From contig OX597814.1 in NCBI GenBank assembly GCA_951406725.2, positions 200,384,001-200,448,000 on the forward strand: 64,000 nt of DNA, read 5' to 3'. The notes under the pieces are model-generated. The model ran no database searches and was not told where the DNA came from. It saw only the letters and a program-made list of their open reading frames with translations. The DNA comes from Octopus vulgaris. Lineage: Eukaryota. The position numbers and the translations under genes are program-made. Below, piece by piece: positions 27,086 to 40,500 of the stretch (position 1 is the stretch's first letter; each line of letters begins with the position of its first letter).

Positions 27086-28669
27086 TATTACATTGCAAGA
27101 AACACAAACTCTGTGCTATGTTCTTTCTCAAAACAATTCAGTCTCACTATTTATTTGCTAGGTTACTGGATATTGCCTATCATATCATTTATGTTGCATA
27201 TTCCTGGAGTTTTTTGGGTTTTTTTCAACCTAATTTTTCTAATTATTTAGTGAATATTTTTTATTTTGTCAAAGATAGTGGATATTAGGGATGTGTTGTC
27301 TACATATTTAATACCTGTGAAGTGGGCTTCACTGAATGCCAAGTTCTTATCTATGTTTGGAGTAGCTATGGTAGCAAACAGAAAATTTGTATCAAATTCT
27401 TTAACAGCTACTTAAATGTAATAATTAGTGTCTCCTTCAATACTACAGATGAAACGTGAACCATTTTCCAAATCTATGTCCCAAATTGAAGCTACAATGG
27501 CAAAGTGTCTTTGATGCCTTCAAACAACTCTCATGTTATCATTTGCAATTTCACTGCTAAAGAAAGAGAAGACTAAAGTAAGAACTGACTAAATATTAAA
27601 AGAAAAATAAGGACTCACAAAACCATATGAGTAAAGCTAACTATGGTAGTCCTGTTCCAGAAATTGTGTCACACTAATAAACACTTTGTTCCATCACTAT
27701 GCATGGATCTTGCTATCAACCATACTCTCAATCAAAGAGGCTAGCATTATTCATGAAAAACAGAAGCAAAGCATACCATTCAAGTAAGTTCTGATCATTT
27801 TCTCCTCCAGGCAAACTTTGCAATAAAAAAAAAAAAAAACATGGAAAAACAATAGGATATGAAAAAGAAATGCCCAAAAATAATCTGGCTGTGACATTTG
27901 AAATACAGACTGGAGGTACTTTCACACCTTTGCTACAGCTTGAAACAGACAATGGATGAAGTATGTGTCTTTACAGAAAAATAGCAAACAATATTACAGA
28001 AAAAACCCATTGGCTAGAGAAGAAAGGTGAAATGCCAAAATAGGAATGTTAAATATCCCTGTCAATGTTATTAAAGCATCTGATACAGAGAACTAAATGA
28101 TGTAGTCAAATAACAGTAAAAGAATGCAAAGAACAAGAACATATAATATATAAGAATTACTGGAAGCTGACCTCAGAATAATAATAGTCACAACCTGTTC
28201 ATTGCAATGCATAAAAATAGAGAGGAAGAAAATAAAAATAGTACAAGAAAACATAAAAACAGTAACTTAAATAGAAGCACAGCTGAGGCATTTCAATGCC
28301 AGAAAGATAATTTGGAACATTATTTTTGAATGACATAGCTGTGTGGTTAAGAAGTTTGCTTCTCAACTTCATGGTTTTGAGTTCGGTTCTGCTACATGTC
28401 ACCTTGGGCAACCGTCTTCTATTTTTGCACTGAATTTGTGAGTAGATTTGGTAGATGGAAACTGAAAGAAGGTTGGTGCATGTGCGTGTAAATATATGAA
28501 GAGATATACACAAACACAATACACAAACACATATAAATACATGTGATGAACTCAGCCATATAAGAGCCTTCAAACCAACCAGTGTTGGATTAGCTATTAA
28601 ACAAAATAGCAAAAACAGCAGATGCTTAGGGCATCAAGGGAAGGATGGCGAGACAGAAATGGTAAATAG

Positions 28670-29475
28670 TTCATGATACAAAAGAAATGACTTTAAACTT
28701 GCTAAAATAATATTCAGGGTGCCTTATCTCTACTAAGTATAGACACAGATGTGTGACAAGATTAATTTTGAGGATCTGATCAAAGACTTTGCAATTAAAA
28801 AAGTAGAAAACTTTTCAAATATAAATAAGGTGAATGGCATTCAGCCATAGAAACCATGCCAAATCAGACTGGAACCTGGTGCAGCTCTCCAGCTTACCAG
28901 TTCCCAGTTAAACTGTCTAACCCATGCCAACATGGAAAGCAGATGTTAAGTGATGATGATTAGGAAGTATACAAAAATAAACATTATTTTCCATCTTACA
29001 GTTAGTTTTGTTTCTTTTTGAAAAAAAAAATTTATTTTATGGTTAATTATTGTTTATATTTTGAATTACATATATATATATCATCATCATCATCATTTAA
29101 CGTACGCTTTCCATGCTAGCATGGGTTGGACGATTTGACTGAGGTCTGGCGAACCAGACTCCAATCTGATCTGGCAGAGTTTATACAGCTGGATGCTCTT
29201 CCTAATGCCAACCACTCTGAGAGTGTAGTGGGATTCTTTTACGTTCCACCGGCACAAGGGCCAGTTTGGTGTTACTGGCAACAGCCATGCCCAAATGGTG
29301 CTTTTTATGTGCCACCTGCACAGGAGCCAGTCCAGTGGCACTGGCGATGACCTCGCTCGAGTGTCTCACATGCCACCAGCACAAGTGCTAGTAAGGCGAT
29401 GTGGTGCCCTATATATATAGGGCACCAAAATCTTTTTAAGTGCTTAGGGCCTCTATGGGTCTTAATCGAGCCTTG
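28670..29475 (+). mobile_element. hAT transposon 3' relic interrupted by SINEs
   Basis: INFEDLIKDFAIKK (~28761-28802) resembles the hAT dimerisation-domain end; gggcacc..cttagggcctc..ttaatc terminus near 29420-29472. Confidence 0.55.
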
Positions 29476-30133
29476 CTTCAAACCTGACACAATATTGCTA
29501 GCAGTGCAGCAGCAACTCATCACTCAGCAGTATCTTGTTATGTATGTGTGGGATAAATCTAAATCCACAACACACAAGGCCAGTATTCACTGTATTTCTG
29601 ATCAGAACAATTTACTCTATATTGCTTCAGTTCACTTAACTGTTGGAAATATTGTTCAGCTACACATTACAGATCAATACAGTTTGGCTTCGGACTACAC
29701 ACACACACACTCTTTCTCTCTCTCTTACTCCCTCTCGTTCACTCCCTCTCCATCACTCATATCATTGTGAACTTTCTCGTAGTCAAATAAAACAACTCTT
29801 TTGTTGTGGATGTTTGTGCTTGATGTGTTTAATGTGAGGTGAAATGTTGCACACCAAATATCACATCAACATTTCATTATTTTCACTTTATTCATTTCTA
29901 CATTCATAAATACTTTATTCAATATTTCACTTTCTAAACAAAACCATTTCTTACTGTATAAAAAAAAATATTTAGAAATAACACACTCACACAATACCTC
30001 TCTCTCTATGTATATATATATATATATGTATATAATAAATATTTATTTATTAATGTTTGTTTTTATGTTGAGTTGTAATAAAAACAATTTAACATTAAGC
30101 TAAGGAATTACTCAATATTTTTTTGTAAAGTAC

Positions 30134-30270
30134 ATATATATATAATACTTTTACAAGAAGTGGGGTGATAGTGACTTCGAAGTTTCAGCCAACTAGTTTT
30201 CGTCAGACCAGTCTGATGAAACATTGAAATCCCTGTCACCTCTCTTCTTGTAAAAGTATAATATATATAC
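30134..30270. mobile_element. Palindromic element with hammerhead ribozyme core (second family)
   Basis: Arms atacttttacaagaag..gtga / tcac..cttcttgtaaaagtat. Minus strand reads CTGACGA-13 nt-GAAA-CTTCGAAG-TC (GUC cleavage triplet); the + arm has CTGATGA at 30213. Confidence 0.6.
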
Positions 30271-31128
30271 ATAGGCTCAAGTATGGCTGAGTGGTAAGAA
30301 GTTTACTTCCCAACCACATGGTTCTGGGTTCAATTCCATTGCATGGCACCTTGGGCAAGTTGCTTCTACTATGGCCTTGGGCCAACCAAAGCTTTGTGAG
30401 TGGATTTGATAGACTGGAAACTGAAAGAAGTCTTCTACATATATGTATCATCATCATTATTTAATGTCTGCTTTCCATGCTGGCATATGTTGGACCGTTT
30501 GACTGAGGACTGGCAAGCCAGAAGGCTGCATCAGGCACCAGTCTGATCTGGGAATATTTCTACAGCTGGATGCCCTTCCTAACACCAACCGCTCTAAGAG
30601 TGTAGTAGGTGCTTATTACGTGCCACCAGCATGGGACCCAGTCAGACAGCACTGGCATCAACCACGCTCAAATGGTGCTTTTTACATGCCACCAGTATGG
30701 GTACCAGCCTGGCAGCACTATCATCAGTCACAACAATGATTTCACTAGACTCAACAGGTTTTCTCAAGCACAGTATATCTCCAAAGGTCTCAGTCGCTTG
30801 TCATTGCCTCTGTGTGGCCCAATATTCAGTGGTCATGCTTCACCACCTTATCCCATATATATATTACACACATGTATATATATGTACATATATGAGTGTG
30901 TGTGAATGTATCTTTATGTCTGTATTTGTCCCCCCCCCCACCAACACCACTGCTAGAAAACCAGTGTTGGTATGTTTACATTCCTGTAACTTAGTGGTTC
31001 AGTAAAAGAGACTAATAGAATAAGTACCAAGCTTAAAAAGAACAAGTCCTGGGTCAACTTATTCAACTAAAATTGTTCCAGGTGGCGCCCTGGCATGGAT
31101 GCAGTCTAATGAATGAAACAAGTGAAAG

Positions 31129-31159
<31 letters not shown>

Positions 31160-31194
31160 AAGGCACACACGTACATACACACATTTGGGTACAT

Positions 31195-31388
31195 ACTCTT
31201 TTACTCATTTCAGTCATTTGACTGCGGCCATGCTGGAGCACCGCCTTTAGTCGAGCAAATCGACCCCGGGACTTATTCTTTGTAAGCCCAGTACTTATTC
31301 TATCGGTCTCTTTTGCTGAACCGCTAATTGACGGGGACGTAAACACCCCAGCATCGGTTGTCAAGTAATGCTAGGGGGACAAACACAG

Positions 31389-31453
<65 letters not shown>

Positions 31454-31605
31454 TATACGACAGGCTTCTTTCAGTTTCCGTCTACCAAATCCACTCACAA
31501 GGCATTGGTCGGCCCGGGGCTATAGTAGAAGACACTTGCCCAAGATGCCACGCAGTGGGACTGAACCCGGAATCATGTGGTTGGTTAACAAGCTACTTAC
31601 CACAC
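31195..31605 (-). mobile_element. tRNA-derived SINE family B, young copy with internal (CA)/(TA) microsatellite
   Basis: tgtgtggtaag..ccacatg..gggttcagtcccactgcgtggca..ttgggcaagtgtcttctactatagcc. Older copies at approx. 620-790, 17250-17560, 22265-22620, 28333-28480, 30272-30440, 37663-37815, 39880-40255, 42770-43135, 43505-43870, 55320-55705. Confidence 0.85.
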
Positions 31606-31770
31606 AGAAATTACAAAATTAAGTAGTACATTTTCCAAACATACAGTTGTGAGTTCAGTCCCACTTTGTGACACTTTATGGAAGCTCTTTCACCTATAGC
31701 CCTGAACCAATCAATGACTTGTGAGAGAATATGGTAGACATTAACTGAAAGAAACCTGGTGTGTGGGTGT

Positions 31771-32221
31771 ATTATACTTTTACAAGAGGGATAACAGTAA
31801 CTTCAAAGTTTTAGTCTGCTATTTTTCATTAGACAGTATGAAAGAGGCTAGCAGGCCAAAACACTAAAGTCACTGTCACCCTTCATCATCAACATCATCA
31901 TTTAATGTTGATCTTCCATGCATGAATGGGTAGAATGGTTGACAGGAGCTAGCCAGGAAGACAATCTACCCATGTATGTCCGTTTTGGCAGGGATTTTAC
32001 AACTGGATGCCCTTCCTAATACCAACCACTCAGCAGAGTGGACTGAATGATTTTTTTATGTGGCACTAGCACAGGTGAAGTTTTGGCAAGATTTTTACGG
32101 CTGGATGTCCTTCCAGATGTCAACAAAGTTGGTTACCTAGTCAGAAAAAAAGCAAGAGGAGAGAGAGAATGGCCAAAGGGAAAGAGAGAGAAAGTAGGAA
32201 CCCTTCTTATAAATGTATAAT
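31771..32221. mobile_element. Second copy of the hammerhead palindrome, right arm split by a SINE
   Basis: gacagt(31832)..ggctagcaggcc..aaaac..aagtc-actgtc(31876) gives a perfect 6-bp stem I around a mutated core. SINE C at 31885-32199 is flanked by TSD acccttc (31878-31884 / 32200-32206), after which the arm resumes. Confidence 0.6.
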
Positions 32222-32439
32222 AAATATGAACTCTACAAAAAACATATTGAATCATCCTTCAGTTTAATGTTACATTGCTCCTATTATGTAATTCGACATA
32301 TATATAAACAGAAGAACACAAATGGGGTTTAAAATTCACAACAGCTGTTTCAGTAGTATTTTATTGGTACATTCTTAGATTCAATCATGGCATAAATCTG
32401 CCATCATCAAGTAAATATTAAACACACAAACAGGTAAGG

Positions 32440-33700
32440 TAGAAACGGAAGATGACCAGTGCACCACTACCTTGGTGAAACAAGCATACTTTATTTATAT
32501 ATATATATATAAACGAAAGTATGTATGAGTATATAAATGTATATGAGTGAGTATGCATGTGGAGATGTGTGTTTGTGAGACTGCTTACAAAAGAACTATG
32601 TAGAGCTAAGAGTATAGACCATTTGCAGCTCACCTACAAATGGTAAAGTCATCATTTGCAGATGTAGTGCAACTGGTGAAATTTGTCAATATTTTTTGTC
32701 AACAAAATCACCTACAATCACTTCACCACTCTTATAGGTATGAGCTGGTAACAGAAAATGCTTCCAGCCAAAAATATTTCGCATCAATACTTACTTCTAC
32801 CTGAGACATATTAGCATGGAAAACAGATGCTAAAGAAAATAAGCAAAATATAAGTGTGTGTATTGTCATCATCATCATTTAGTATCTGTTTCCCATGCTG
32901 CCATGGGTTGTATACCTATAATAATAGCAATATAAATGTAAGTCAATTTCTCCAGTCATATTTTACATCATATAGTGAGAAAGGAAGAGAAAGAGTAAAA
33001 GAGAGGCACAGGGTTAACATTAAGACATGCAGGATGAATGCACTACATAGGCTTAGTGACAGGCAATGAGTAAAGAAACACACACAGTAAGAGAGAAAGA
33101 AGCATAGTCTGAAGAAAGAAAGGAGGAGTAGGAGTAAATGGCAGTAGTTATAGGAAGAGTTAGACAAATGAGAGGTTTGTTTTACTTAATTTATTCTAAG
33201 GTAATTGTTTTCTTTTGTAATTTAGTATTCATTTCATCATTTTGCATAAGTACAAAGAAATTTGATGGAAGCTAAATAGTAATTGTTGTACGGGTGCCAT
33301 ATTTTCTGACATTATTCAGGTTTAGGGGTCAAAAGTATACTTCTAAAATTACATGACATATGACAGGTAACATTCTAGTCGACACACACACAGATATATA
33401 TATATATACACACACACACACATATTTTTAAAACTTTTTTCAGTTATAAGACAAAGATTTTAGACAAACAAATTGACCCTAGGAACTTTTTTTTATAAGA
33501 CCCTTGCTCACGGTGTGGCTGAACCCAAAAATATGTGGTTGGGAAGCAAGCTTCTTAACACACAGTCACTATATATATATATATATATATATATGATGAT
33601 ATATATATATATAGTAACAAATGTTATGGCCATATGTTTAATACAAATGTTTTTAGTTCAGTGTGAAAATAAACACTGGCTTCTTTGCAACCAGAGCAAA
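32440..33700 (+). pseudogene. TMEM262: Possible decayed TMEM262 (CatSper eta)
   Basis: CRAKSIDHLQLTY (32599-32637; CITYHYDHMSFHY, same spacing) and TNVMAICLIQM..ENKH (33617-33676; SQVISICWAAM..ENKY). Only two anchors in a small protein. Confidence 0.38.
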
Positions 33701-33714
33701 GGAGCAAATCAATA

Positions 33715-36206
33715 AATAATCAATTGCTTTTAACTTTCATTAAAGTCATCACCAGAATTCATTTGAAAGAGAGAGAAGAGAAATACTGCAAAAAAGAGAT
33801 ACTGAAAATTAATGATCAAATTTTTCTAAATGGTGCTACATGTGGGCTACAACTAAACATCTCTGACTAAGGCAGACCATGTAGCCTTCAGTCCAGTTTT
33901 ATTGCATGGCCTAAGAATGTTATGAAGCACAACCATGTACGCACAAAATATATTCAATCCAGACAGCCTTATGAGTGTGTGTGTGTTTATATACATCTGT
34001 GTTTGTGTGTGTTTTTGTGTAGCCTTGTCTTGACACCATGTGGTGGTTGCAAAAGAGGGTCACTGCTATACAAGTGATATAGATTCCAGTTATCTGCAAA
34101 AAGCATGTTTGGCTATGGGGGAAATATTACCTTGCTTGGAAACAGGCATGGGTTGGTAACATGAAGGGCATCCAGCCATAAAAAATCTGCCTCGACAAAC
34201 TCCATCTGACTAACAAAGTCATCATAATCATAATCATTTGATATCCATGTTCCATACTGGTACGGAGTTGAACAGTTTAACAAGATCCAGTGGGTCCAAT
34301 GACTGCATTGCACTCTAGCATTTGGTTTAGCATGGTCTCCATGGACGGATACCTTTTGTAATGCCAACCACTTTACAGAATATACTGGATGCTTTTTTTT
34401 TTCATGAGACTAGCATTAGTGAGACTGCTACCTAACTTGAAGACTAAAATCATCATCAACTAGGAGGGAAGGCAGCTTTATGCTGGGAAAAGAGGGGTTA
34501 AATATGAGAAATGAAGCCAGAGTAGAACAGGGTTTTTCACTGTAGAGGAATTACATGGCTTATCACATTAAAGAAAAGAAGATGGGATTAACCGGGGTGG
34601 AGCTGGAAAGAGACAAATACAGTGATAATCAGATGTCAGGGTGGAACCTCAAGATATAGGTAAGAAGAAGTGAGTTGGGGCATGATAATGGGGAGTATGA
34701 GTGGGTTAGAGATCGCAAGAGTGTATGGGTGAATGAGATGGTTGGAGATAAGGAATGGATGAGGGGGTAGTAAATATAATGAATAACAAGTGTTGAGGAA
34801 TGATGAGTAGGCAAGATAGGTAAGAGAGATTGGGTAGGGTTGAGGAATAGAAGTAGTGACTGGTGGATAGGTGAAGTAGAATGACCTATGAAACATAATG
34901 GTTGAGAGGAGGTAAGGGAGAGTAGGAAATGACTGACAGTGCAGAAAAAAAAGAGACTTGAAGAGCAACAGAATTGTAATAATGATACAGCAGACAGGGG
35001 AAAGATAAGAGAGAGAGAGAGAGAGGATGGGAGTATGATGTGGTTGAGTAGGTGACAAAAGTTGGGAAGAAATGTATTATGATGGAGGAGGAGACATACT
35101 TTAAAGATTCAGGATGGTGAGCAATGTAAAATGTGGGTAGAGAGTATGATATTAACAATGAAGGATGGGTGTCAAGTGAAATGATTCTGAGCAGTGAGAA
35201 AGATAAGTGATATCAAGGGAAAGTGGACAGAGTAGGCAGTTCCTCAAGCATTTAATTACAGTAGTAGAATACTTATTTCTTTACTACCCACAAGGGGCTA
35301 AACACAAGGAGGACAAACAAGGACAGACAAACGGATTAAGCCGATTATATCGACCCCAATGCCTAACTGGTACTTATTTAATCGACCCCGTAAGGATGAA
35401 AGGCAAAGTCGACCTCCGCGGAATTTGAACTCAGAATGTAATGGCAGACAAAATACGGCTACGCATTTCGCCCGGCATGCTAACGTTTCTGCCAGCTCAT
35501 CACCTTCCATTACAGTAGTAGAATACTGTAATTAGAGAGATGATGGGTGATGAGGATTTCTTAAGGAGAAAATTGAGTGAGGGGCACAATGATGCATACA
35601 TATATTGTACTTCTAGAATATTAGATTTATTGAAACAGGGAGGTCTTCTCAAGAACTGCATAACGCTTGTCACCTCTGTTTTTTATTCTCTCTTCCATGA
35701 GGTCCAAGGTCCTGGGATCAGCCTTTACCACTTTATATCATGTATACAAGCTCCACCCCCATTAAGCAACTGGTACTTCTTTATACAGCTGTCATCATCA
35801 TTAAACATCAGATGCCCTTGCAGAACAGCTTTCTTTTTTGCACACTACAACAATTCCTTTTATGGCCAGGTTTTCTTTCAATACATTTCTACTTGCACAC
35901 ACTTACATTGTACATCAAGTGGACCATGATATTTTAAGTTTTTTGCTCTCCTCTCAAATTCTTTGCATTCAAGGTCCTTTTCTCATGTCTCACTACTATG
36001 CAACAACACAGTATTAACAGAAGCCTCAAACTATCTGCCCTTCACTCTGAGAAAAAAGAAAGACCTTTGTTGCCATAGAAGTAGTAGTTCCCTGAACTTT
36101 TTCTAACTTGTTCTTAACTTGGTTAATTTACTTTCAAATAACCACGTAGAATATCATCTCTTAATACTCTAGAAACTATGTCTTGGGAAGGTCCACACAA
36201 TTCCTC

Positions 36207-36238
<32 letters not shown>

Positions 36239-36460
36239 ATAATTGGCATAATGACCTTCCCAAGATACACCAAGATTTGTTTCAATGCACGAATTCACAT
36301 TGAGAATCTTGCAATCCAAATACAAAAATTCCAGAAGTTCATTTTTCGTTTAACTCCACAAGACCAAACAGAATCTGAAGAAAAACCTGCAGTAAGTCCC
36401 TGGAGAGGTTTTAATAAAAATTATTGCCAAGAATGTGACACATTAAAATTCACCAATTAG
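33715..36460 (+). pseudogene. EFCAB9: Possible decayed EFCAB9 (EF-hand Ca2+/pH sensor of CatSper)
   Basis: INDQIF (33808-33825; LNDVLF); ungapped RYTKICFNARIHIENLAIQIQKFQKFIF (36263-36346; [28 protein letters not shown]); NYCQE (~36419; NYQE). Split by ~2.2 kb of repeats. Confidence 0.4.
35274..35508 (-). mobile_element. Young SINE family A copy with 19-bp TSD
   Basis: TSD attacagtagtagaatact at 35255-35273 and 35509-35527. Confidence 0.9.
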
Positions 36461-36917
36461 TGACTACTATTGTCAATGAAAGCATACACACACACACACA
36501 CATATATATATTATAAAACATTGCTGTTAAATGTTAAAATCATCCAGGTTTCAACAGAATATTCACTCTTTAAACATTGACTTGTACTATAAGCACTGCT
36601 CACTTATGCGCTGGTATTATTTTAAATCTTTGGCACAGATTTAAATAAACTTCTTTTAAAGGGCGACTTCTCTTCACACGTAATATATTGGATTGGTAAA
36701 TAAGTCAGACATACCAGCAAAAGTGTCATTCTTCTCGTTTGGTTTTGTTTAAAAAAACAAAACCACTAATAAATGTAAAAGAATTTCTTCATTTTATAGG
36801 TAATTATGCATCGCTTTATTATTCAGTGAATGCAGAATACATTTGTCTTATTTGCAAATTTTGTTATGAATTTCCTATAGTAAATATGTTTGTGGAATAT
36901 ATTTTGTGTGTGCATAG

Positions 36918-37482
36918 ATGTGCTTCATATATGTACTTATGTTGTTGTTTGTTTGTGTGTGTGCTTTAATTCTTGATTGTCTGTGTAAAAGCTAACCAAA
37001 GAAGGAGAAAGGAAAAGTAAACTTGAACATTGGCAGACACTAAGGAGCCTGTAGGTAGTAATCCTGGCATTAAAACTATCATAGTTCAACCGAGTACCAA
37101 GATACAGATAGCAAATTAAATGATTTCTTCTCTGACATAGCCACATTAAATAAGAATGATACAGTATGTATTTGCTGTAGAGAGCAAAAGCTAGTCTTTT
37201 GGGTAATATCATGAGACAGGGAAATACTCTGGCTACCAAAGTCTTAAGAGTTTAATGAAAACATTGTTTGTCTAGAAACAAACAACAAACACAGTTTTAA
37301 TCAGGAAGAGTCAAACTTCCTGAAACACAACAAGGATGGGGTTGATATTCATATTTAGATATTACACACAGACAAATATTTTGCTACATACAACTCATAA
37401 ATGTATACTCATAAATATATATAACATTCATAAACAGACACACACGTGCACACACATTACATACATACATACACACACACAG

Positions 37483-37518
<36 letters not shown>

Positions 37519-40500
37519 ATTTATATATTAATTCACTCACACAAACACATGTGAGTCTGTGTGAATTAGTTATGAATTAGAAGAAACAAAGTATTGAATA
37601 TTTCGTAGTAGTTGCTTCATGTATTTTGACAAGGGAGACATAAGAAACAATGGAATAATATAGGCACAGGCAAGGCTGTGTGGTTAAGAAATTTGCTCCC
37701 CAGCCACATAGATTCAGATCAGTTCCACTGCATGGCACCTTGAGCAAGTGTCTTCTACTTTCGCCCTAGAACAGCCAAAGACTTGTGAGTGGATTTGATA
37801 GGTGGAAGCCCATTATGTATATTTGTATCTTTGCATATTTCTTATTTCTTTATTGCCCACAAGGGGCTAAACAAGGACAGACAAATGGATTAAGTCAATT
37901 ACATCGACCCTAGTGCGTAACTGGTACTTAATTTATTGACTCCAAAAGGATGAAAAGCAAAGTTGACCTCGGCGGAATTTGAACTCAGAACATAGTGATG
38001 GGCTAAATACTGATAAGCATTTTACCGGGCATAACGATTCTGCCAGTTCACCGCCTTGGAATGTTCGCATATTTATATCCATCAATATATCTACACACAC
38101 GTGCTCAAGTTTGACTGTAATTGTTTATATTTGTGCTTCTGAAAATTTCTAAGTTCGAAACAATCAACCAATTATCTGCAACTCTAGTTTAAGCACTTGT
38201 ATATATACATTCAATTTGTTAATAACAAAGCCCACTCCATGTTCTTGCTTGCTATAATCTCCACTGTACCACAATTTGTGGCTTCCATCTGTATTTGTCT
38301 CACCAAGTCCAATCTAGTCCAGTCCAGTCCACCTGACTTCAGCTAGCCCTAGAACATCCCAGGTATATCTGTCAAGTTCATGTGTAAGTTCCTTCATCCT
38401 TCCATTGACATATGAAATGTGGATGTTCCACATCTCAAAGATAGTATTTTCTTTGAGAAGGTTGAAGGTTGTTAGTGTAGGTGTCACTGTTACTGTGATC
38501 CAATTTGCACATCATTGATCACTTCCACCCTGGTAGGTAGCAAGGAAGAGCAAGGTTGTTGGTTTCCAAGGTCTCAACTGATCTGGCAGGTTATGATTTG
38601 ATTGTGTGTTTTCTTTTATGGTATTTTGGTGGGCCTTAGAAATGCTTGGTGATGTACATCTCTTGTCCAAGTGTTCAGTCCTGCAACTAGTTTCGCCTTC
38701 CAGCAGAAACAGTTGCCAGGGTGTAGCTGTGAATGGTCTCAGAGCCAAAAGTGAGAATTAGGTGGGAACCAGTGTATCCATCCATCCCTAAGGATGTTGT
38801 TCCCAGAAACCAAGGTATTCTCTCTACCAAAACACCCCATTCTCTCTTATCAAATGCAGAACACAAAACAAACAGCTTTGTCAGGCAGCAAGTCAACAAA
38901 TATGCTAGCAGACAGGAACTATTCCTTATGAGAGTAAAAAGCTTGCCTGGTACAGTCATGCATTTCATCACAACTCCTTGCCTAAAACCATTCTTCAGGA
39001 CACAGTAAGGGAAGGCAAAAGAGAGAAACAGAAATTCCTGGTCTTACAACATGAGGGGCTGAACAGGTCACAACATTGCAAGCCCACTAGACAAGACAGA
39101 GAAAAGAGACCAATGGCAATGGCTGATTGCAAAATAATCTAGAGTGGCAGCCCAATAATTGGCTGCATCAGTTAAGGGACGCTGATGATAATGATGATGA
39201 TACATGCATTACAATATTACACTTAAAGATAGCTAGAAACTTTACTCATCATGATATAATGTCCATCAGTCAGAAAAATAAGAAACACATACTACACTTG
39301 TAATAATTTACCTGGTGAAGGACAGATTATGTTTAGAGCTCTTTTTTTTTTATATTTACATTTTAATTTATTTATGTATCTATTTATTTATCGGCTTAAT
39401 CAAAAGAGGCACTGCAGCCAACATCTTTTCAAAGTCTCTGAGACTGGTGGTAGAGAAGCGAAGAAGTTTAACTCAGTCTGGAGAGTGGTTTCTTCTAAAA
39501 GCATTCAAGATACAGTGGGGTCGTGTTAAATCTGATAAAGGATTAAGTTTGTCACCCAATAACAGCAACAGTCTCTCCAACATGCTTCCTCACTGTTTCC
39601 ATCTACCAAATTCCACTCACAAGAAACTGGTTGATCTGAGGCTATGACAGAAGCCACTTGCCCAATGTGTCATGAAGTAGGATTGAGCCCAAATTAATCC
39701 TGATAGAAAAAGTGTTTTTCAATGTGGAACTGTACTTTGATTGGAATGCAAATTGCATGACCAAATTTGTCTGAAGCACACTAATTGATTAATGCATACT
39801 GACGAGACTCATTTTCTAAATTACTTATTCTGATTAAAAAAAGCAGGACTGAAATCATAATTAAAATCAATCCAATGGGTGCAAGAACAGCCATATAGTT
39901 AAAAAGCAGTCTTTGCAACCACATGGTTTTGGATTCAGTTCCACGGTACAACACTTTGGTGTGTGTTTTCTGCTATAATTGTGGGTTGACTGATGCCTTC
40001 TGAGTAAATTTGGTTCATGGAAACTGGGCGGAAGTCCACCGTATATGTATAACATATGTGAATGTGTGTGTCTGTGTATGTTGCCCACTGCATGGCATCT
40101 AATATTGGTTTGTTTATGTCTGACAAAAGAAATCAACAGAATAAATACCAAACTTAAAAAATAAGTACTGGGATCAATTTGTTTGATTAAACCCCTGAAG
40201 GCACTGCCCTAGCATGGCTGCAATCCAATGATTGACACAAGAGATAAAAGATAAGGAATAAAGCCAGAAGTGAGTGATCTTTAGCAATACAATGACATTC
40301 AAGGTCAAATAAGGCTGAAAAATTATAAAGACCAGACTCACTTCCACAGCAATCTAGAGTAAATTTTAATTAAAACTCCAAGAAAGGATAGTATTAAATG
40401 CTAACAAAGATAAACAATCAAAGTAAAATACTTCCCAAACCACAAATTAGCAAGAACCAAATCTCACTCAAGACCTATAACAGTCATAACAATTAACTTT

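Larger units (their letters stand above)
24200..28250 (+). pseudogene. CATSPER2: Decayed CatSper pore-forming subunit 2
   Basis: Anchors: GQHHQPFVRFELR (24342-24380; GDQHQLVRFSIK); VSLCFIMILLILQII (26432-26476; S2 VAAWFILLIFILEIL); IF*SISIL (~26649; S4 VLRSLKLL); IYVWSSY (27349; VYVFSEY); ungapped pore helix FFNSYLNVIISVSFNTTDET* (27397-27459; FFSDLPNSLVTVFILFTLDHW); ICNF (~27541; VTNF); ELLE (28154-28165; ELLE). Confidence 0.72.

Noticed and set aside
27315-27556. Minus-strand cadherin-like pseudo-exon (IWDIDLENG)
   Set aside because: Antisense shadow of the CATSPER2 pore region, which aligns better and collinearly on the + strand
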